From assembly GCA_051251855.1 (NCBI GenBank), contig JBPOGI010000001.1, positions 192,001 to 256,000 on the forward strand: DNA of 64,000 bases, in the 5' to 3' direction. Below are positions 58,881 to 64,000 of the stretch, one piece after another. Under the pieces are notes generated by a model. The model saw nothing but the letters and a program-made list of their open reading frames with translations, was not told where the DNA came from and did no database searches. The position numbers were made by a program, and so were the translations under genes. Position 1 is the stretch's first letter. Every line of letters starts with the position of its first letter. Source of the stretch: Roseibacillus sp. GTDB lineage: Bacteria; Verrucomicrobiota; Verrucomicrobiia; Verrucomicrobiales; Akkermansiaceae.

Positions 58881-59954
58881 ATGGCGCGCATCATGGTTGG
58901 TCTTTCTGGCGGAGTGGATTCTTCAGTAGCGGCGGCTTTGTTGTTGGAGCAAGGGCATGAGGTGGTGGGCGGATACATGAAAAATTGGATCAACGATGAG
59001 GGGATTGCGGGGGATTGTCCGTGGGAACAGGATGTGGAGGATGCCGCTGCGGTAGCGAAGCATTTAGGCATCGAGTTTCGGGTGGTGGACTTGGTGGATC
59101 ATTATCGCGAGCGGATCGTAGATTACCTGCTGGCGGGATATCAGGATGGGATCACACCGAATCCCGATGTGTTCTGCAATCGAGAGATGAAATTCGGGGT
59201 GTTTCTTGACTATGCTCTTTCGCAGGGCTTTGAAGCGGTGGGAACGGGGCATTATGCGCGGAGACGGGTGCTAGAGAATGGAGCGGCAGTGATCCTTCGT
59301 GGTGCGGACCCTAATAAGGATCAATCCTACTTCTTGGCGATGATGAAGCCTGAACAGGTTCTGCGTGCTCGTTTTCCTGTAGGGGAGTTGTTGAAGACTC
59401 AGGTGAGGGAGGAGGCTCGGCGCTTTGGTTTGCCGACGGCGGAAAAGAAGGACAGTCAGGGCATTTGTTTTATTGGGAACATCAAGATGAACGACTTTCT
59501 GACCCATTACGTGAAGGATAACCCCGGCGAGATTGTGGATCTGTCGGGTAAGGTGCTGGGGACTCATCGCGGATTACATTTGTTTACGCTTGGTCAGCGC
59601 AAGGGGCACGGGGTGGCATCGCCGCGCGAGGGGATGGCTTATGTCGTTGTGCGTAAGGAGGCTGAAACCAAGAGGTTGGTTGTGGCTTATGAGGATGAGG
59701 AAGGAAGTGGCCTATTTGCGACGGAGTGTCGAGTGGGCTCGCTTTCGTGGCTCAATGGGGCCCGGGAAGGGGTGATTGAGGCGCAGCCTAGGTATCGGGC
59801 GAAGTCTGAGCGAGTGAGGGTGACCCCAAGCGATGAAGGTCTACATCTGAGGTTCGAGCGTCCTCAACGGGCATTGACGCCAGGACAAGTGTGCGGATTC
59901 TATGAGGGAGGGCTTCTTTTAGGGGGCGGAATTTTTGAGGAAATATACTCCTGA
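58881..59954 (+). CDS. mnmA: tRNA 2-thiouridine(34) synthase
   Basis: GLSGGVDSS, TPNPDVFCN, TGHYAR, KDQSYFL, DSQGICF. Confidence 0.97.
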   Translation: MARIMVGLSGGVDSSVAAALLLEQGHEVVGGYMKNWINDEGIAGDCPWEQDVEDAAAVAKHLGIEFRVVDLVDHYRERIVDYLLAGYQDGITPNPDVFCNREMKFGVFLDYALSQGFEAVGTGHYARRRVLENGAAVILRGADPNKDQSYFLAMMKPEQVLRARFPVGELLKTQVREEARRFGLPTAEKKDSQGICFIGNIKMNDFLTHYVKDNPGEIVDLSGKVLGTHRGLHLFTLGQRKGHGVASPREGMAYVVVRKEAETKRLVVAYEDEEGSGLFATECRVGSLSWLNGAREGVIEAQPRYRAKSERVRVTPSDEGLHLRFERPQRALTPGQVCGFYEGGLLLGGGIFEEIYS

Positions 59955-60312
59955 GAAGCTCAAATTGCGGGATCCTTAAGATTTCTTAAAAAAAGAATAT
60001 GGATGACGTAAAAATATCAGGAACTTGTAATAAGACCGAAATCCGAAATTTTATTAGCGGGCGTTCAATCTTTTTTCGGATTTTTTTCGGCGAGCTGATA
60101 ATTGCCTATGTTCAATAACCTTTGATAGAATGGGGGATAGAGACCTATTTTGAAGATGATTTAAGCTTCATCTTTTGTTGGTTTTGAACTTTTCTAATTA
60201 ATCAAGATCCTTGAAATAACAACGATTTCGAATGATTCGCTTACCAAAAAAGATTCGTAATCCTGACGTTCTTTATTCACAGTCTGTCCAGCCCTACGAA
60301 TCAACCCTGATT

Positions 60313-60759
60313 ATGACTGCAAACACAAGTTCTCTCGGACCGTTCAGTTCGACACAAACCGAAGCCCTCGCCGAAAGTTTTTTAACCTCCATTGTGGTGG
60401 AGAAAGCGCAATCGTCTTGTGAGTCGGTTGCGGTCACTCTCGACGAAGATGCATCCGAGCACGACATTCTGAATGATTTTCTCTCAGCCTGTGGTGAATA
60501 CATGACTGCTTCCGCTCGTGATAGTCGTCATCGCACACGATACGCAGCTTGGTGTGCTGAGCGTTGTAGCGAAACTGCTGCTGTTTGTGACACGTTGGGA
60601 GACTCTGCTTCCCGTCGATGTGCTCGTTGGTGTCGATTGCTGATGGCTGAACTCAACAATGAGTTGGCTGGAGTAAAGAAGACGATGAACAGCGACGTGA
60701 ATTGGGGTGGCGTAAAAGACCTTCTTAACAAGGAAGTGAAGCTTCCATGGGGAGGCTAG
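60313..60759 (+). CDS. Hypothetical protein resembling a degenerate four-helix Cys-rich (Csp/DUF326-like) bundle
   Basis: CAERC-x6-C-x10-CARWC spacing, 7 Cys in 148 aa. Confidence 0.55.
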   Translation: MTANTSSLGPFSSTQTEALAESFLTSIVVEKAQSSCESVAVTLDEDASEHDILNDFLSACGEYMTASARDSRHRTRYAAWCAERCSETAAVCDTLGDSASRRCARWCRLLMAELNNELAGVKKTMNSDVNWGGVKDLLNKEVKLPWGG

Positions 60760-60771
60760 AAAGCCGCAGTT

Positions 60772-62388
60772 TTAAGGATGCCAATCGAAAGAATCGATCA
60801 TCCTGACTTCAAGATAGCGGGCGATTGAGCCCGGAGACGGATCGGACCAAGCAAGAGTTACGGTCATCGGTATTCCTTTCCGAAAAGCAAGCCCACTGCG
60901 GTAGGCCTTGAGTTGCTCGAGAATTTCACCCTTTTTGTTGAAATAGGCTTTTACGGGATTCCGGTCATTGGGAAAGGTGCCCAGTTTGAGGGTGGCTTTA
61001 GTGGCGTGGTCTGCGACCTCTTCCGTCTCAAAGCATTTTGCAACACACTCACCGAGCACAAAAAAACGTGCGGGTCGGTCCAGAGGATTGGCCGCATAGC
61101 GAGCAAGCTTTTGTTGGTAGAATTCAAGAAAGGCTTCCGAGTGAATGCGAGGAGGCTCGCTTCCCGGCCACTTATGAAGCTCAACGGCCATGGGCTTGGC
61201 TGGAGTGTTGTCTTCTCCGGCCCACCCAACGACGTAGAAGAAGTCGGTTCTCTTTTCTTGTTCGTCGGTGAGGACATCCATGAAAAGTGTCGTGGCTGGT
61301 GTGGGAATGGGACCAGCGAGCGGGGAAGAGACGGTTTTAGGATTGCTGACGCTTTCTGCTGAGAGGAAGTCTTTGCGTTGCTCCAGAGATTCAGCGCTGA
61401 GAAAGCTGGCGAGGATCTTTTGTACCTCCCTTGGATCATTACTGATTGAGCTGAAGCCTTGGGGGAGTGGAGTTTCTCCTTCGCGAAAGTCTTCTCCATC
61501 GGGCAATTGTGGTTCGGGCTCGGTTACCTCGGGCTCTTCATCTTCTGCGGGTGCGGCAGGAGCGGGCTCGCTGGGCGGAGGGACATTCTCTGGAAGGGCA
61601 GGTTCTTCGATAAATGCTGAGGGTGGTATCTCGATTTCGCTGCTCTTTTGAGGAGGGAGAGTCTCCACCGCAGAAGGGGGGGCGGTGGGGCTGGCTTGTT
61701 CGGCTGGTTGAGATTTATCGAGGCCGAAGAGGCTTTTTAGAGGATTAAAGCCGACGGCTCCAGTGTAACTCAAAATAGCAAAGACTGCGATTGTCATCAG
61801 AATCAAGGTAGCTAAGAGAAAGAGTAAGCTAGGGATTCGACTGCTTTGTTTTGTTGGCGTGGGTGCTTTACCAGAACTGGATGGTGCGAGTTCCTCTGGT
61901 TGGTGTGAGGCAAGTCCATCAGAGCTGCGGTTCTCGGGGAGTCCTTTAATAGGGGTGGGCTCGATAGGAAAAGGTGCTTCATCTGGAATGGGGTGCACTT
62001 CCGGTTGTGCAGGGGGGGGAGGGACGACGGTAGGAAAGACAATCTCCTCTCGAGCTGGAGGGGCTGTCTGTGCGGTGCGAGGTTGTTCCTGAGTTTCTGG
62101 GGTTGCAGGAGGGATGGGCTCACGATAGGCCTGAGAAGGGGCAATTTCTTGAGGGGGAGTTTCCTGAGGAACTTCCTGCGGAATGGTCGTCGCGGGCTGC
62201 TGTGGTTGAGCTGGCGGCTCGGAGGGGAAGACAGGTTGCTGGGGAATTGGGGCCTGAGATTGAGGATGAGGCGCTGTTATCGAGCTTTGGCACGACGGAC
62301 ATGGGCCAGTCACTCCTGCAAGTGCTGCAGGGACATCGAGTTGAATCCCACAAGAGGGACAATTAAAGCGGATTTTTTCTGGGTTCAT
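60772..62388 (-). CDS. Membrane protein with N-terminal zinc ribbon and Pro-rich linkers
   Basis: CPSC...CPSC, Pro-rich tracts, single TM, globular C-terminal domain. Confidence 0.8.
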   Translation of the reverse strand: MNPEKIRFNCPSCGIQLDVPAALAGVTGPCPSCQSSITAPHPQSQAPIPQQPVFPSEPPAQPQQPATTIPQEVPQETPPQEIAPSQAYREPIPPATPETQEQPRTAQTAPPAREEIVFPTVVPPPPAQPEVHPIPDEAPFPIEPTPIKGLPENRSSDGLASHQPEELAPSSSGKAPTPTKQSSRIPSLLFLLATLILMTIAVFAILSYTGAVGFNPLKSLFGLDKSQPAEQASPTAPPSAVETLPPQKSSEIEIPPSAFIEEPALPENVPPPSEPAPAAPAEDEEPEVTEPEPQLPDGEDFREGETPLPQGFSSISNDPREVQKILASFLSAESLEQRKDFLSAESVSNPKTVSSPLAGPIPTPATTLFMDVLTDEQEKRTDFFYVVGWAGEDNTPAKPMAVELHKWPGSEPPRIHSEAFLEFYQQKLARYAANPLDRPARFFVLGECVAKCFETEEVADHATKATLKLGTFPNDRNPVKAYFNKKGEILEQLKAYRSGLAFRKGIPMTVTLAWSDPSPGSIARYLEVRMIDSFDWHP

Positions 62389-62474
62389 GCCTGAGGGAAA
62401 GCGGTTCGAAGTGAGTCTCTCGCCAAGAGACCGGTGGTCAACTCGTGAGTGTGTCCCCCTTGTTGATCCCAGCT

Positions 62475-62864
62475 TTATTCCTCTTGAAAGGCGAGCGTGC
62501 CATCCGCTGCTACTTTGCGATAGAAGCAGGTGGAACGTTTGGTGTGACAACAGCCTCCACCCATTTGTTCAACTTCTAATATGAGGGCGTCCTGATCGCA
62601 GTCGGTTCGGATGGCGATAATTTTTTGAAATTCCCCAGAGGTGGCCCCTTTATGCCAGAGGGTTTGGCGACTGCGTGAGTAGTAGACTGCTTCTTGCTTC
62701 TCGAGCGTTTGAATGAGCGACTCACGATTCATATAGGCCAGCATGAGTGGTTCTTTGGACTGAGCGTCGATGGCCATCGCGGGAATGAGGCCATTTTCAT
62801 CGAATTTGGGCATGAACGAGAGGCCATTCTCGATAGCATCTTTGTCCGTTTGAGGAATAATCAT
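62475..62864 (-). CDS. hisI: Phosphoribosyl-AMP cyclohydrolase
   Basis: YSRSR..LWHKGATSG, DCDQD, CCHT..TCFY. Confidence 0.96.
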   Translation of the reverse strand: MIIPQTDKDAIENGLSFMPKFDENGLIPAMAIDAQSKEPLMLAYMNRESLIQTLEKQEAVYYSRSRQTLWHKGATSGEFQKIIAIRTDCDQDALILEVEQMGGGCCHTKRSTCFYRKVAADGTLAFQEE

Positions 62865-63922
62865 CAGGAAATGGTTTCGGTGTCGGCTGCGGAGCCTGTT
62901 TTAGGAAGAGTTAAAGCATGAAGAGCGGCTTCGATTTCGGGGTTCACCTCGTTTTCAACCGCTTTGGCCGCCATGTGGAGAGCGTTACGAATAGCGAGAG
63001 AAGTGGAGGAACCGTGGGAAATGATGACGGTTCCACGAACTCCGAGAAGGGGAGAGCCCCCGTAGGTCTCGTAATTGGTTCTCTCTTTGACGTTGCCGAA
63101 GGCTCCCTTGGAGAGCAAGGCTCCGAGAACACGGAAGGGGTTGCGCTTGAACTCTTTCTTGAGCCATTTGGACATCGCTTTGGCTGTGGCTTCGCATGAT
63201 TTGAGAACAACGTTACCGGTGAAGCCGTCGCAGAGGCAGACATCGAGTTTGGTCTCGAAGAGGTCGTGTCCCTCGACATTACCGCGGAAATCGAAATTGG
63301 CGTGGCCGGATTCGACCATGTGTTTCAGGAGGATCAGGGCTTCCTTGGTGAGAGTGGTTCCTTTTTCTTCTTCTTCGCCATTGGACATGATGCCAACAAC
63401 GGGTTTTTCAACGGACAAAACCTTGTGGGCGTAGACGGCTCCCATTACAGCGTATGTGGCGAGGTGTTTTGCCTTGGCTTCTGGATTGGCTCCGGCATCG
63501 AGGATGTTACAGGTGCCGAATTCATTAGGGATAGGGGAGGCGATGCCTGCTCGATCGACGCCTTTGAGAAGGCGGAGTTTGATCGTGGCGGAGGCTACTG
63601 CAGCTCCAGTATTTCCTGCAGAAACCACTGCTTGGGCTTCCCCTTGTTTGACCAGATCGGTGGCAATAGCGATGGAGCTGTCACGTTTGCGGCGAATCGC
63701 CTTCGCTCCGGATTCGTGCATTTCTACCACTTGGCTGGCGTGCAGGATGCGGGCCTTGGGGCTGGAGAGATTGTTGCGGGTGCAGCTTTCTTTAAGAGCC
63801 TCTTCGTCGCCGACGAGAATGATCTCGTCGATTTGCGGATAAAGGTTCAAGGCGTCACGAGCACCGATCACGTTTACGTCGGGGGCTTTATCCCCGCCCA
63901 TGGCATCCAGTGCGATTATCAT
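62864..63922 (-). CDS. plsX: Phosphate acyltransferase PlsX
   Basis: IALDAMGGD, SAGNTGA, CDGFTGNV, SHGSS. Confidence 0.96.
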   Translation of the reverse strand: MIIALDAMGGDKAPDVNVIGARDALNLYPQIDEIILVGDEEALKESCTRNNLSSPKARILHASQVVEMHESGAKAIRRKRDSSIAIATDLVKQGEAQAVVSAGNTGAAVASATIKLRLLKGVDRAGIASPIPNEFGTCNILDAGANPEAKAKHLATYAVMGAVYAHKVLSVEKPVVGIMSNGEEEEKGTTLTKEALILLKHMVESGHANFDFRGNVEGHDLFETKLDVCLCDGFTGNVVLKSCEATAKAMSKWLKKEFKRNPFRVLGALLSKGAFGNVKERTNYETYGGSPLLGVRGTVIISHGSSTSLAIRNALHMAAKAVENEVNPEIEAALHALTLPKTGSAADTETIS

Positions 63923-63931
63923 TAGTAATAG

Positions 63932-63965
63932 AAATAAAAACGGCGACGGGGGATGCCGTCGCCGT
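63932..63965 (-). terminator. Terminator-like hairpin just upstream of plsX
   Basis: 10-bp stem acggcgacgg/ccgtcgccgt followed by TTTTTATTT on the minus strand. Confidence 0.6.
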
Positions 63966-64000
63966 AAAAATCGAGTATCTGAGTCAGCAGGTGTCGTTAG

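Noticed and set aside
1..64000. CRISPR array, prophage or defence system
   Set aside because: No regularly spaced direct repeats and no cas, phage, reverse transcriptase or restriction genes recognised

Overview
Mostly core-genome DNA from a member of the Verrucomicrobiota. The PEP-CTERM tails, a sulfatase and several lineage-type hypothetical genes suggest Verrucomicrobiaceae; this taxonomy is inferred. The window holds about 57 CDSs, including ribF, cysS, hemB, cysJ, cimA, gltB, truB, hisG, lptD, trxA, lysC, recJ, rsmA fused to a Nudix domain, mnmA, hisI and plsX, plus one tRNA-Val(CAC). I saw no CRISPR array, integrase, transposase or phage gene. The most notable unexplained signals are: (1) a ~170-nt, heavily base-paired intergenic element at 15858-16030, a candidate ncRNA I cannot assign to a family; (2) a 202-bp MITE with TTA target duplication inserted into the loop of a small palindrome; (3) a tandem pair of PEP-CTERM zinc proteases, the first frameshifted in a G8 run, with a relic gene tail between them; (4) an uncharacterised three-gene cassette of secreted proteins at 411-2945; (5) an RsmA-Nudix fusion; (6) two small ORFs missing from the ORF track, a 34-aa bS22-like protein and a 23-aa membrane peptide. 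Product calls rest on motif recognition only; no searches were run.
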